Source: Selaginella moellendorffii
Lineage: Eukaryota; Plantae; Lycopodiophyta
Direction: 5' to 3'
DNA length: 64,000 bases
Assembly (NCBI RefSeq): GCF_000143415.4
Contig: NW_003314362.1
Span: 577,371 to 641,370 of the forward strand
Positions 49,307 to 62,561 of the stretch are shown piece by piece. The notes under the pieces are model-generated. The model ran no database searches. It saw only the letters and a list, made by a program, of their open reading frames with translations, and was not told where the DNA came from. A program made the translations under genes and the position numbers. Position 1 is the first letter of the stretch, and the number at the start of each line of letters is the position of its first letter.

Positions 49307-50115
49307 TTCGCTGGTCGCAGGCGAATAAGCGGTCTGCTAACTTTGGGAAAGATTCGGAGACTCCTCCTGCGACCAAATAAGCGAATAAGCGGTAAAGCGA
49401 ATAAGCGAATAAGCGGTTTGCTCTTCCCCAAGAACGCATGTACAGAATCGAGTCCAGTCCAGTCTTTGTGTGTTGGTCTTTCTTTAAAGTATAGTAATGC
49501 TTGCGGCGTGATTATTATCACTTGAGATCGATAACATGGACCTGTATACATTATTTTCTAATTGAAGTGTTTGTGTTGCTTCATGGTATTGCCTCTTGTT
49601 GTTACGTTGATGATGAGGAGCTGTTAATAGTTTTTGTGGACTGAAAAGACTTTCCTTTGGGACTTCACACTTGCCTAACATGTCTATTATGGTATAGCCC
49701 ATCCTAACGTCAGCCTCCACCTGGATCAGCTCAGCTGATCAACAACCTTTGAGTAGACTACACACCACTTGAAATTAAATAAATCAAAGAGTTCTTTGCA
49801 TCATAGGCCGAGATCATGCTAACCACGTCCTTTATGAGAATTAGATAGATAGTTTTTGTAAACGTCCCCTATTCTAAGTTTTTTTTTTGTGGACACATTC
49901 ACATAAAGAAAATGTATATATATTAGATTATATAAAAAGAACATTTTTATAAGATAGATATAATTCTTCAAAGGTGTTCTAAGCCGTTAGATTGCCTCCA
50001 GCTGCAGGACGGCTGGGATTTTCTGGGTCCTTAAAATTATTGGAAAATAAAAACCTTTTTTCTCTCAGGAACCCTAAACCCACCGTGAATATGTGGTTTA
50101 GGGTTCTAGGGCAGC

Positions 50116-51615
50116 ATGAGGCGCTGCATTGGCGCCCTCCGTCGGGCGTCTGGGATGACGATGCTCGTCCCGGACAGCAATCCTCGCGCAGGGTCACAGG
50201 CAAATGCGGCAATGTCCGTGGAATGGCTGCAAGAAATGAAAGAGGAGAGCGCCAGGAGGGTGCGGGAGCAAGCAGCGCGGATCCAAGCGCTGGAAGAAGG
50301 TGAGAGGCTGCTGAGAGCGCATTCCAGATCGCTGCTGGGCAGCTACAAGGGCCGGGTGACGCCGATCGCCGCCGCATTCGCCATCGGCAAGACGAGGAAT
50401 CCGGCGGAGGCGAGGGCGCTCTTCGATTGGGCGGGCAAGCAACCGGGATTCATCCACAATGGCGAGACGTGCGCGGCGCTACTGCGCGTCTTCCACAAGG
50501 CCCGCCTCGCCGGCGATGCCTTCGCACTCTTCACGAGAGACCTCTGGCGCTACTGTGCTCGCAGCGCCATTGCTTACAAGACCATGGTGGAAGGCTACTG
50601 CTACGTCGGGGATATGGATCCGGCAACGAGGATTCTAGCACAGATGGAGAAAATGGGATTCCACATTGATGTCGGCCTCCACAACGCGATTATCAGGGGA
50701 TTGATCAGGGCCAAGAGAGTCGACGACGCACTGGATCACTTTGCAAAGATGGAAAAGAACCGTGACACGGATCTTGAGTCTTACTCCATCGTCGTCTCGG
50801 CGCTGTGTGATGAGAAACGAGTGGACAAGGCGGTGGATCTCCTCTACAGCATGAACGAGGAAAGCTTCTTGCCGGATGTTGGGATCTACAACAGGATCAT
50901 CGAGGCGATGTCTGAGCTCCAACTCCACGGCGCTTACTTGCTGTTCGAGCAGATGATCGAGGCTGGTGTTCTTCCAAACTCTGCGACTTTCAGCTTCCTT
51001 GTTCGTGGCTGCTTCAAGCGGGGATTTCTCGACGAGGGCAGCGAGTTGCTGCGGCAGATGGTGGAGTCCGGCTGCGTCCCGGAGCTCGCAACCTTCAACG
51101 CCGTGATCGAGGGGCTGTGCAAAGTTCGTCGCGTGGAAAACGCGCGATGGGTGATGAACGAGATGGCTTCGCAGGGATGCTCTCCGGACGCTGCAACGCA
51201 CAGGTTCTTGCTCGAGGCGCTGTGCAAGATGGACAAACTGGACGAAGCTCACCGCCACGTCCAGAGGATGATCGCTACCGGGTGCTTGCCGGACACGGTC
51301 ACGTACTCGTTCCTCATCAAGAAGCTCTGCAAGGAAGGGAGGCCGATGGAAGCTCACAGGTTTTTCAAGGAGATGATTGGGATCGGTCGCGAGCCGGACA
51401 GCTCCATCTACAACTTGCTCCTGGCGAGCCACTGCGCCGCGAGCAAAGCCACCGCATGCTACGAGCTCTTCACCCAGATGAAGGAGAGGGGAGTTCTTCC
51501 GGAGCCCAGGAACTGCCTCAATCTCGTCCGGCTGCTCCACAAGTTCCACAGATTTGCTGAGGCCAGAGAGGTCGGGAACGCAATCCCGGAGGTTCCTTTG
51601 CTACTCCTCCGATGA
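50116..51615 (+). CDS. P-class pentatricopeptide repeat protein
   Basis: Tandem 35-aa repeats (e.g. TFNAVIEGLCKVRRVENARWVMNEMASQGCSPDAA) preceded by LFDWAGKQPGFIHN. Intronless, 499 aa. Confidence 0.92.
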   Translation: MRRCIGALRRASGMTMLVPDSNPRAGSQANAAMSVEWLQEMKEESARRVREQAARIQALEEGERLLRAHSRSLLGSYKGRVTPIAAAFAIGKTRNPAEARALFDWAGKQPGFIHNGETCAALLRVFHKARLAGDAFALFTRDLWRYCARSAIAYKTMVEGYCYVGDMDPATRILAQMEKMGFHIDVGLHNAIIRGLIRAKRVDDALDHFAKMEKNRDTDLESYSIVVSALCDEKRVDKAVDLLYSMNEESFLPDVGIYNRIIEAMSELQLHGAYLLFEQMIEAGVLPNSATFSFLVRGCFKRGFLDEGSELLRQMVESGCVPELATFNAVIEGLCKVRRVENARWVMNEMASQGCSPDAATHRFLLEALCKMDKLDEAHRHVQRMIATGCLPDTVTYSFLIKKLCKEGRPMEAHRFFKEMIGIGREPDSSIYNLLLASHCAASKATACYELFTQMKERGVLPEPRNCLNLVRLLHKFHRFAEAREVGNAIPEVPLLLLR

Positions 51616-51897
51616 TCAGTGCTTTCTCGGATCTTCTCGGATGAACTAGTGATCGATTTCTCTGATCGAGCGAGCGCGAGCTTAGAAGAAGAGCAAGAAG
51701 ATAAAATCTGGGAATATACCTCGTTTTTGAAATTGGAGATGGCGCAGTTAGAGTTAGGGTTAGGGCTTTAGAACAGAGGGCGAGGGCCTGGGAGAATGCA
51801 AGCGGCATGCGCTTGGAGCGGGGCATGGATCGTCCGCCATGATTCTGCGAGAAGCGTGGAATTTTCGCTAGTGTGAGCTCAAGATCCAGCGCAAGAA

Positions 51898-54740
51898 ATG
51901 GCGGATGACGACGAGGAGGCCGTGCGCAAGGAGAAATTGAGGGCGCAGGAGGCCATGGGAGGATTTGAATTGAAGGCATTTGAGGCTCTGGAGCGGGATT
52001 TTCAAGAGGTAGAGCTTTGATTTTTCTTTTTCTGTGTGAAATCTCTGGTTTTGTTTTACTAAGAGAGCCGCCAGCTCGTATTGTGTAGGTTCTGCAAGAG
52101 TTACAAGCGGATAAATCTCTCGATCGCTTTCGAATTGAGTATGAGAAGCTGCACAGGGCTCTCAAGAAATCTCATGGTATGCCTTCTTTGCTAGTAAAGT
52201 TTGTGTTTTATTTTTCACTTTCTTTTCTTCCAGAGAGCGAGAAAAGACTCATAAAGAAATGCCGAGAGCTCAACACGGAGATTTTGGCAAATGCTTCCAA
52301 AGTCCAGAATGCTCTGAAGCTCAACGAGGAGGATCAAAACACTATACTTGCTTTGAAGAAAGAGATAGACAAAGCATGGAAAATGGTGGATGCTTCTCAA
52401 GAGAAGGAGGCCAAGGCGAAAGACAATATCCTGTAAGCGATACTATTTTCTTTCGCAGTCATTTTACTCGCTTGCTTTTTCTTTCGACCCGCTTTGATTG
52501 CAGACAGCTAAAGACCGAAATTGCGAACCTGAGTCAGATAATTGAGCAAGGATGTGGTCTGAGCATGGGACAGGAGCAAGAGGTAAGTGAATCATGAATT
52601 CTTTGTTTTGTTATTATGGCTGTTTCTATACTTGCAGCTAAACGAGTTGTTGAAACAAAAAGAAGACCTGACTTTGGAAAGGGACCTGCAATTGGATCAA
52701 ATAGTTCAGCTTCGCAAGGAAGTGACCGATCTTAGCGAGAAACAGAAGGTAGCGGAGGAGCAGAAGATTTCTATGGAGCAGGACGTTGCTAGTCTTCGAG
52801 AGCAAATCGCTGCGAAGAAATCAGAAAGTGAAAGGTAGATGCAACTCGTTTGCGTGGCTGATTACTCAAGTAGATGTAACTTGTTCTAGGGAGCAAAAGA
52901 AGAAGGAGAGAATGGAAAAAGACATCAAGGACTTGAAGATGTCTTTGGAAGCAAAGCAGAATGACATCCGAGTTAAACAAGCAACGCTTACAGAAAATGA
53001 AGAGCAGGTTGCCCGGCTAGAGCTAGCGCTTCGAGAACAAAGACAAGCAACCGAGAAAGCTCAGAAGGAGCTCGATATTGTGACTCAGAAGGTCACTCTC
53101 GAAGCGATGTCCTTCACTTTGCTTACAGCAGATAAACCTGAAGAGTGGCTTTTACTGCTAACATCAGGTTACAAAGCTTCACGGGGACCTGGAAGAGCAG
53201 ATACACGGGAACACTCAGCTCCTCGCCGAGAATAGTCAAAAGCAAGTGGAAATGAAGCTTAAAGACGAGGAAATTCAGGTTCTCAAATCTGAGATAGCGC
53301 GCGTAAACAAGGTCTGTGAGCTTGCAAGTTGACTCGTTCGATACCAAGTGTGCTAATCAATCAATTGCAGATACGGGAGGCTACAGTGAACAAGCTGAAG
53401 GGTGCAGAGAAAGCGAAGGAGGACGTGGAAAAGCAGCGGGACTCTGTCAAAAGCGACGTCGTGAATCTAGAAAGGGAACTAGAAGCGCAACGTAAACTGA
53501 CAGAGCAAGAACGTAAGCGTCAAGAAGATCTGCTGCGGGAGCGGGATGTGTTGAACAAGTTGAAAACACAGGTACATTTCATTTATGCCAGTGGTTGCTT
53601 TGCTGATTGCTTCCAACACCTCAGGCAGAGACTGCTATCGAGAAGCAAAGCGATCTGGTGAAGATCAACGAGGTCGCTGTACATAACCTGGAGATTGAAA
53701 TACAGACATACCGACAGTCATCTGCGAAACAAGAGAAAGTGATACAGCAGCTCGAGAAAGAACGACAAAAGTACGGTGCTGAGGCCACTCAGGCTGGCGT
53801 CAAGTACATGCAGGTTCTTCTGTTTCATGGCTGCTTGATTGCCATACGTATTTACTTTGAGATTGCAGGCATTGGATGAAGTTAAATCCCGAGAGGTTAC
53901 TATCATGGAGCTCCAGAAAAAAATTCTAGAAGCAGAAAACAAATACAAAATTCAGCAGAACCTCTACGAGTCTGTGCGGAGCGAAAGGAACCTCTACAGC
54001 AAAAACCTGGTCGAGGCTCAAGACCAGATTGACGAATTGAGACGAAGGATCAAAATAATGAACCACCAGATCGAACAGTTGAAAGAGGAAATAAATGCCA
54101 AGGATCAAGCGCTAATCAAAGAACACGCAGACCATGCTAAGGTATGTTTTCCTGTTTCTTTTTCGTGGTATGACTATACGCTGTTTAACAGATTGAGAAA
54201 GAAAGAGAAGCGTTGAAGCAAGATCTTAGCAAAATTCACCAAGAAATCAGGGAGGCGGAGTCAGTCATTGGATCGCATCTGTCTACCATTGAAAATCTCA
54301 ATCACATCATCAGCGAAGCGGACGACGAACGCTCTCGGCAAAAGAAGGAACTTGATGTCATTAAAAGCGAGAGAGATATCCTAGGAACTCAGGTGAGGTT
54401 GTGGTTGCCTTTCTGTCTGTCTGACTTTGCGCGTTTCTTTTTCCGCTGAAACAGCTCATGAGAAGAAACGAGGAGCTTGCATTGCTCTATGAAAAAATCA
54501 AAATTCAGCAGTCCACGTTAACGAAAGGACAAGTCCAGTATCGTTGTCGGCTGAACGAACTCCGACTTTTGAAGATCAAGATAACAGATTTGAAGCGTGA
54601 GCAGAGTATATTGAAAGGCTCCGTCAACAACATTCAAGTTTTGAAGCGAGAAGTTCACAATCTCAGCCGAGAGCTTCTTCAGGAGCGCACAAAGGTTCGC
54701 TAATAAAACCACTGGATCAATTTCTAACCGCACTTTTTTT

Positions 54741-54777
<37 letters not shown>

Positions 54778-55465
54778 CAGGTAAAAGCACTGTCGGAGGA
54801 GCTAGAGAATCCTCTCAATGTGCATCGGTGGAGGCAACTCGAAGGAACTGATCCCAGCGCTTATGAAATGATATTGAAGATCCAAACTTTGCAGAAGCGG
54901 TTGATCTTAAAGACCGAGCAGGCAAGTGAAGCACTTCGTCTATTTGTTTTCTTGTTTCCATTTGTTCTTCTTTCGGCCGTCTGACATGTCCGAGTTCTCT
55001 TCCAGGTCGTTGAGAAGGATCTGCTTATTCAAGAGAAGGAGAAGCTGTATGTGGAGCTTCGAAACATCTTGGCAAGACAACCGGGACCAGAGATGGTAGA
55101 ACAATTGGCGGTCTACTCGAAAAGTCTCAAGGAGAAGACGAGGCAAATGAAAGCAATGGCATCCGAGCTGCAAATGTATCAGGTTGGTTTTTTCTCTTCG
55201 CGTTCTGTTCTCTCTCCTTGTGATTGAGCAACTCTTCATCTCTGAATCATCATAGGGGCAAGTTTATGGATACAAGGCCGAGATTGAGCAGCTCAAAGGC
55301 GAGATTGACTCGGTGAAGAAGAAGTTTTTCGAGCACAAGAAGAAGGAGCAATTGGAGAGGGAGCGGAGAAAAGATTTGGACTCGCAAGGGTCGAATTTCT
55401 CGTCGGGGAACAATCCGCTCAACAAAGGCTTCCTGGGTGGAGGCTACAATCTACAATCTACGTGA
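51898..55465 (+). CDS. CFAP58: Cilia- and flagella-associated protein 58 (CCDC147/FAP189-like), multi-exon coiled-coil protein
   Basis: Exons encode LDRFRIEYEKLHRALKKSH, ESEKRLIKKCRELN, QNLYESVRSERNLYSKNL, RDILGTQLMRRNEELALLYEKIKIQ, LSEELENPLNVHRWRQLEGTDP and RNILARQPGPE. Many short GT-AG introns. ATG at 51898, TGA at 55463-55465. Confidence 0.9.
54745..54776. repeat. (TG)n microsatellite in a CFAP58 intron
   Basis: About 16 TG units. Confidence 0.9.
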
Positions 55466-55530
55466 TTCTATCAATCACTCGGCAATGTATATACCATAGC
55501 TTGGAAAATTTAAATAAAGGCATATATATA

Positions 55531-57010
55531 AGTGAGAGGACTTGGCAATTTGGAGGGACTAGGTTCCTAAGCTATGATCCGTAGCGCGCTTTGGAGATAA
55601 ATTGGTGCACCAACGTGGGGAGTCATGCCAAGCATCTAGGGTGATGTCGTCCGTAGATGCATATATGGAGGTTGGGTTCAAGTCCCAACCCTCCAGTGTT
55701 TGGGTTTAAGTCCCAAATCACTAGGGCGTGGTGATAGTTTGGAATATGAGGACATTCATATTTCGGTGATCATGAACTCTCAGTAGGGAGATTGGCTTGG
55801 GCACACTACCAAGCAGGGGATGCTCCGGAGTCGTGATGCATGGTTAGATTGCTTAGAGTGAAAGCTCAGCATATATAACTTAAAAACACTTTGGTGCAAA
55901 GGGCACCAAAGACGTGGTGAATGAGATGGGGACACCCAATCTCAGTTGCTATGGATCCTTGGCCAAAAGGGCTGACTTGGGCGCACCGCCAAGTGTGGGG
56001 GATGCCCCTAAGGTCATAGTCAACAATTTAAAAGGGTCTAGAAGACTTTAGTGGTAGACCTGTTAAGGGGTTAAGATGAGGTCACTAGGTGATCTTGTGG
56101 CTAAACAAGGACAAGGTCTTTGTTTGGGTTAAGGAATATGATTCCTAGTTCAAAGTGTTGATTTGAACTATTGATAATGGTGTGGCTTGGTCAAGGTGAC
56201 CAAGTGGGAAGGACACCTAAAGAGAAATCAGTTGTGCCAATACGATGGTATAATAAGTCTAAGAAAGTAGTCTCTAGGAGAGAGCTATGGGAGGGTCGCA
56301 AAGTTGGGCTGTGGACAGAGGCTGTAATAGAAAATGCTAAAGAAACCTACTAAGGGTGAGCACCCTCTGGATTTAGCAAAGTAGAGTTTTTGCTATGGAA
56401 CCAAAAGGATACCTTGAAAATGGAGGTAGTGACCCTATGTTGCTTAGTGCAACAATCAACGAATAAAAGCAAAAGACTAATGGCCAAGTGTGGGCCATGA
56501 AGTTCATTAGAAAGAATCCAAGTGGCAAAGTTAGGCATGAAACACTAAGGTGTTAGATACTAACGGATTGTGAGAAAGAAAGTATGCTTCCAAGGATAGA
56601 TTCTCAAATGCTCTAAATTGGCAAAAGTGAAAGCTCCAAGGGAAAGAGCGGCAAAATAGCCAAATGATAAGACCATGGACAGCTCTAGCACAACTTATGA
56701 TAATTAGAACTTCATGCCAAAGGTGGCACAAAATAGAAAGGAGGATGATAATGCCCTTAAATAGAGGACTTCTAAGGATGAGGAAGTGGAGTTGCACAAA
56801 AAGTGCGATGCAAGGTGTTGGAGACACCTAAGAAATTGACTATGAAAAGTCAAAATTAAAAAAGTTCCAGAGTGCAAGTTTATATCAATGAGAACTAAGA
56901 CTACTCAAGAGCCAGTAGTGGGATTGAGATAGAGGAGGTGCCTTTAATGGGTTTAGCAAAAACTAAACCACTAAAAGGGAAAGAACCACTATAGATGGTC
57001 GATCGAGTCT
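55531..57010 (+). mobile_element. Decayed internal fragment of the 25924-32291 LTR family
   Basis: 55531-55695 matches ~30275-30440 (agtgagaggacttggca...gggttc.agtccc); continues as degenerate, stop-riddled sequence. The right boundary is approximate. Confidence 0.6.
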
Positions 57011-58149
57011 CTATGTTAGAGAGGCTATGCTCCTTAGAGGTTGGACAAGGCATGGTGAGCCTTTGGTGTTAAACCATTGATAAATATTGGCTAAGTGCCA
57101 AAAATGGAAAATGTGATACATGCTGGTGCCAAAAACAAGAAGGGCTGAAAAGGTAATCAACAATACCGATCTCTTGCCGTTGTGGCAGTAAGAAAAGAAT
57201 ATCCAAAAAGAGTAGCTGACAAATAACTTTTGATACCCACAATCACATTTGCAAGAGTGAATAAGCACAGCAAAAAGCTACAGTTCGGTCAACTAGAGCT
57301 GATCTCCCAATAGAAGTATGCCATATTTGCAAGTCTACCAAAACCCATGATCTAGGTTTTGGCAATTTCCATATCTATAGAATTTACTTGGCACATCTAA
57401 GTTGACATGCATTTGAGTTGTGTTTGGAGCCAGCATAGATCGTCATCAGCATATAGTAGTACATAGAGAAAAATGCTTTCTCTGCAGCATAGTTCCATAT
57501 AGACCTCAAACAACATCAACCAGAGGGGCCTGGGGCACCCTTATAGAACCCCCGAACAAGAGTCAATTGGCTGGCTATCCACTATTTGCAAACTCAAAGT
57601 CTTGTATAATTTGATGATTGCAGCTACTGAGGAGGTAGATGGGGATTTGGAGTTCCAGCAGATGCCAAATCAAAAGATGCCATAAGACACAATTGAAAGC
57701 TTTGGTTAAATCAACAAAACCCAGGAGAAGCACTTGGTTCCCCTTAAATGTAGCTGTTTGAACAAGACATGGAGGATTAGCAGTTGGTTGATGCAGGAGT
57801 AATGCCTATGAAGGCCTGCTTGACCTTGTGCATGCTGCCAAGTTTTTTCTCTATAAGGCAGGCAAACACCTTCACAAAAGCTACCAACATTGCTAACTCA
57901 CTTGTGGAGATTTTATTATAAGTAAAATTTCCTTCATTGAAGTTGGATCATTCTTTTATACTAGTACTTTTCTTTTGGACAATGATATCTTTTTCTTTAA
58001 AACACTTTGTATTTTATTTTAAAAGTTTTTAACTGTACTTGTGGCCCAAGCAGCATACAGTTTACCTGGGCTGGACTTGAAAACATGATACAGCACCACA
58101 TTTCTATCTCTTTGTATAGTCAGAAATGCATAGCATGGCTCATCACAAG

Positions 58150-58910
58150 ACTTATCTAGCGACCATTAAGGTTTCTTTGATAACCATGTTCCCATTAAGT
58201 TGGACTGTGAGATAGCAATCTACTCCTCTCCCACACACTCCATTTGTTCAAACTTGCCCTCGGCTGGCTTCATTCACAGACAAGCTACAATCATCCTGGA
58301 GCTTGAATGTGTAGATCAAATTCGGGGACTGGAGCTCAAAGTTTCGACGAAGACCATTGTAGAAGAAGTTGTCCAGCATTGTCAATTTTGCTTGGCAATT
58401 GCCTCGGTCGCTGCCAAGTAAAATCTTAGTCTGGTTGTGAAGGGTTTCCATCTGTTGATCTGCTGGTGCTATGCGATACTGGACTCCAAACATCTCGGAG
58501 ACTGCAAGCATGCTGCTGGCTAGAAAAATTTGCATTTGACCTCTTGTATACATTACTAAGGTTCGGATGATTGCTTTGATAACAAGGCCCCTCACGCTGA
58601 TGGTGTTACCTGGATTGACATGGCAGAAATCCAGATTGGGGCCTGTATGAAAAGCTACGATGGCAATGTCGATCACTACGTTGTTTGTCACAGTGACTTG
58701 ATTGATATAAACTGAGTAAGTATTGTCATCGAAAATGTCTGCAAGTGCAATCACCGTATCTAGAATAATATTGGCATCGGCTGCTGTTATAGCATTGCGC
58801 TCGTCAGAGAATTCCCAACGCATGGCTAACAACACTAATATAAAAAAGGAGTGCTGAAAAACATTCAATGAGAGGATACATTTAGAATGATTTTTGCTAG
58901 AAACAATCAA
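58150..58910 (-). pseudogene. Unknown N-terminal domain plus bulb-type lectin, with a premature TGA at a conserved Trp position
   Basis: ...LQSPNLIYTFKLQDDCSLSV...GQV*TNGVCGRGVDCYLTVQLNGNMVIK. Reading TGA (58248-58250) as TGG restores the B-lectin VWxT...C.L.VQxxGN.V motif. Confidence 0.6.
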
Positions 58911-59018
58911 AAAGAAAAACTATTTCTTGTTATAATGATAAATTACTAATTTATGTTACTTTATAAAAAGGTTTATCGTTCGATGAGGACATCGAACTTC
59001 GTTTATGGGTGGTGGAGT

Positions 59019-60575
59019 TGTGAGACACAAATCCCTAAGCCCCAAAGTGGAGCTGAAAGGGTGCCACGTGGTAGTGGCCGAAGTGAAAACCAAACAAGCG
59101 TAACACGTTTGGACTAAAAGGCTCCGACTTGAAAAGTCGAAAGCGAAAGTGGAGCTCCCAACGGAGTGCTCAAGAAACGAGCATGAAATGAGCAATAAAA
59201 GAGTCTCTAGAAAAGGGACACAAGAGGACCCAAGATGGACCTGAGATGGAGTCTGATATGGAGTCCGAGATGGACTCGAGATGGAGTCTAATATAGAGTT
59301 CGAGATGGAGTCCGAGATGGAGTCTGAGATGGAGTCCAAGATGAAGTCCGAGATGGAGTCCGAGATGAACCCAAGATAGAGTCCGAGATGGACCCGAGAT
59401 GGAGTCCGAGAAGGACCCGAGATGGAGTCCGAAGTCGAGACTGAGACCGAGACCGGGACCGAGACCGGGGCCGAGACCAAGATCGAGACCGAGTCCGAGT
59501 CCGAGTCTGAGTCCGAGTCCGAGCCAAAGTCTGAGTCCGAGTCCAAGTCCAAGTCCGAGTCCAAGTTTGAGTCTGAGAGGGTGAAAGCCCAAAGCATTCG
59601 TCTCCCAGACCCTGGGGGGTTTGGTGAGCTCCAAAAGTATAGTAAGGGGGAGGACTCCAGTGGAGCTAGTTTGGCCAGGAAAGGCCAGTTTGGCCTAGGA
59701 AGGCTATGCCCAGGTGTTGGGTGACGGGATAACCACTAGGAGGTCCAAGGCTAGAGTGAATACGGACTATCAAGCAGGGTAGCTTGGTGAAGTGTTCAAG
59801 AGCCAGCTCTAGTTCCCCCGGGAGATCGAATGGTCAATGCTCCCAATCCGAGTGTGGGTGGCACTATCTACTTGGATACCTAGCGTGGCTCAATAGAACC
59901 TCACTCTAAGCCCATGGCTAGAGCACCAAAAGGTGGAAGGTGGAGAGAGTACCCATGAGGCTTGTGTAAGGCCACGGTGTTCCGAAATATTGTCCCAAAG
60001 TCCCAGACTATGGAAAGGAAGAGGAGTGGTCCTTTGGTGTAGTGACCAATGATACGGTCATGTGGTGAGGAAGTCCTAGAGGACAGTGGGACTTAATGGT
60101 CGGGCCTATAGGCCTTGTCCCAGTGGCAGTGTTGGCGAACACGGCCATGGGCAAAAAAAGTACTTGGTGGGGATTGTAAAAGGGATATTGGGGAAAGTTG
60201 TTCCCCATGTCTACAGGCATCTTAAGGATGCTAAGGAGTGGATCTTGGATGGTCACTCCTGAACGGATAGCCCAATCCTTGAGAGACGGGACTACGATGT
60301 AGGTGGTGTTGGACCACTGGTTTGACCAAGGTGAAGGGGCATAGCCTTAGTGTAATGGGCTAGTATGTCAGTGGTACCTTGGGGTGTCAGTCTTGGGACC
60401 GGGCACGTGGAGCACTTAGACTAAGTGCAAGGGATGAGTGGCATGGATGCCATTCTCGGGGCTAGCAAGTTCCAAGTCTTGAATTGGACTTAAGGAGGTT
60501 GTGAATGAAACTCCTCCAAGTGGTCAAAGGTGTCATTAAGTGACTAAAATAGAATGGAAAAATCAGTCACTTACA
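59019..60575 (+). mobile_element. LTR of the 25924-32291 family preceded by a PPT (3' LTR of a truncated element)
   Basis: tgtgagacacaaatccc...cagtcacttaca; purine-rich gggtggtggag directly upstream; no matching TSD. Confidence 0.85.
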
Positions 60576-62561
60576 ACTTAATCATGGGACCTTTTAAATC
60601 CCAACTCTTGGGTGCATCTCTTACTTCGAGAACCTACGGGGAAACACTATAGCCTAACAGCCTAGTATAGTACCTTTACTCCCCCACTTCCATCCTGAAG
60701 GAAAAGCCTAAGCTCCTAAAGAGCAAAGACTAATGAGCCATATGGTGCTCAAATGGGGCACCATTTCACATGAGCCAAGAGCATTGTAGTTGGTTTCTTT
60801 TCTGAAAGTGAAAGTTGATCTTGAACACTTCCTTGGGTGGCCTTTCCGGCACCATTTGACTCCATGTTCACTCCCAACCGAAGCTCTTAACCCCCAATCT
60901 CAACCTCAAGTTAATTTGGAAGCACCATTAAAGAGTTCCTTCAAAACTGATTTTTGAACCTCATTATCCCTACTATACTTTTAAAACCCCCTACAGCCCC
61001 CTTCCCCCTAAGAGATAATCACTTTGGGCTTTCACCCCATGACAGTATTAGTATTCAAACTTGGTTTTCGACTTGATCTTGGACTTGATCTCAGACTTAA
61101 CCTCAGCCTTAGTCTCGGACTCGATCTCGAACTTAATTTCATACTTGACTTCGGACTTAGTCTCAGACCCAATCTCGAATCTCAAACTCAGTCTTTAAAA
61201 GTTATGTGAGGGTTTCATCACCACTAGCAATAAGCAAGGATCTTCAAAAGCTGGATGTCAACAAAACCACTCTCTCCACCACAATTATAACGAGTCAATA
61301 GACAAAGCCTATGGCTCAATGCTATTGGTATGGTAGAGTTGTGGTAGCAACCATGAGATGCAGTAGCATAAGACTAACTTTAAAAACAAAGGTAGTGAGA
61401 GAATATAAAGATTGTATTTAAAGACTAACTATGGACATCTACTCAATTATAATACTGTAAGAAATCTAAATATTTGAAATTTTGTCAAACAAAGAAAATA
61501 CTTTTCCGCATGTGTTTATTTTTTCCCCATGTTCAATTATAGAATATTTAATTTAATAGAAAGGTATTGCATAATTTTTTTTTTAAAAGTAAAGTATTCA
61601 AAATACATTATCTTAAAATAGTGTTTAAATTGTTTGAAGTTAATTAATATTATATACTAATAAAATTTTTAATAAAAATAAAATAATAAAGAAACATGAT
61701 AATAATAATATAGCTACCAAGCAATGAGTACAGCATTGTTATATTTGCAAAAGTTGTGGTCTTTTCTTGTTTACTTTGATCTTTGCACCATTCAAAACAT
61801 TGGTCACACAGGTTTTGTGAATAAGGTAGATTTTAACTTATTTCTGATATGTGATTGATGCTCAAATTAAAGAAAATCTTAAAGGTTTAAATACTTCCAT
61901 GTTGAGGAACTTAGATTAAATAGCTTAAATTAATTGTTAACTAGGATAATAATTATATTCAAGTTAAGCAAATAATTGACGTTCTTCTTGAGTAAACCAG
62001 GAATTCTTGTCGCGTTTATGGCAAACGAGATCCACGCTAACAATGCATCGCTCCTTCGTCCAAGCACCATCTTGAGGTACATCCGGGACTCAGCTGCCTT
62101 GAATCTACACTGGCAGCTTGAGTGCTTGTGCACAATTACTGAGCGTGCCTCAGAGACGTGAACAAGGCCGAGAAAATCCTTGTAGAGCATCATACCAGTG
62201 ATCTCATCGGCTTCAACTACAACTTGAAGCCGGAAGCACAAGAGTTACTTTGACACTCTTGTCCTTCCGCTTTCAAGTTGTAGTTGAAGCCGATAAGTAT
62301 AGCAAGCTAAGTAATGGATCCATACCCTCTCGTTAAGCCTCTCATTCCTCGAGGCTCTTCCATGGAAGAATGATCTGAGAATGTCACGAGTTTCATTATC
62401 ACAAGAAAGACACCTGGTTACTTGCTTGATAATCACAGCGGTTTGCCTTGAGTCGTAATCTCAAGTCCAAAAGAAACGAACCACTCGCCAGTATCTCGCC
62501 TGAAAAGTAAAAAAGCACCGTTACATGGGGGAGCTAAAAGACTGATTGCTTGAAACTTGCC

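Noticed and set aside
58480-58540. Resemblance of MLAVSEMFGVQY to the ribosome-inactivating protein active site (SEAAR)
   Set aside because: The catalytic Arg is absent and no other RIP motifs are visible, so it is too weak to call.
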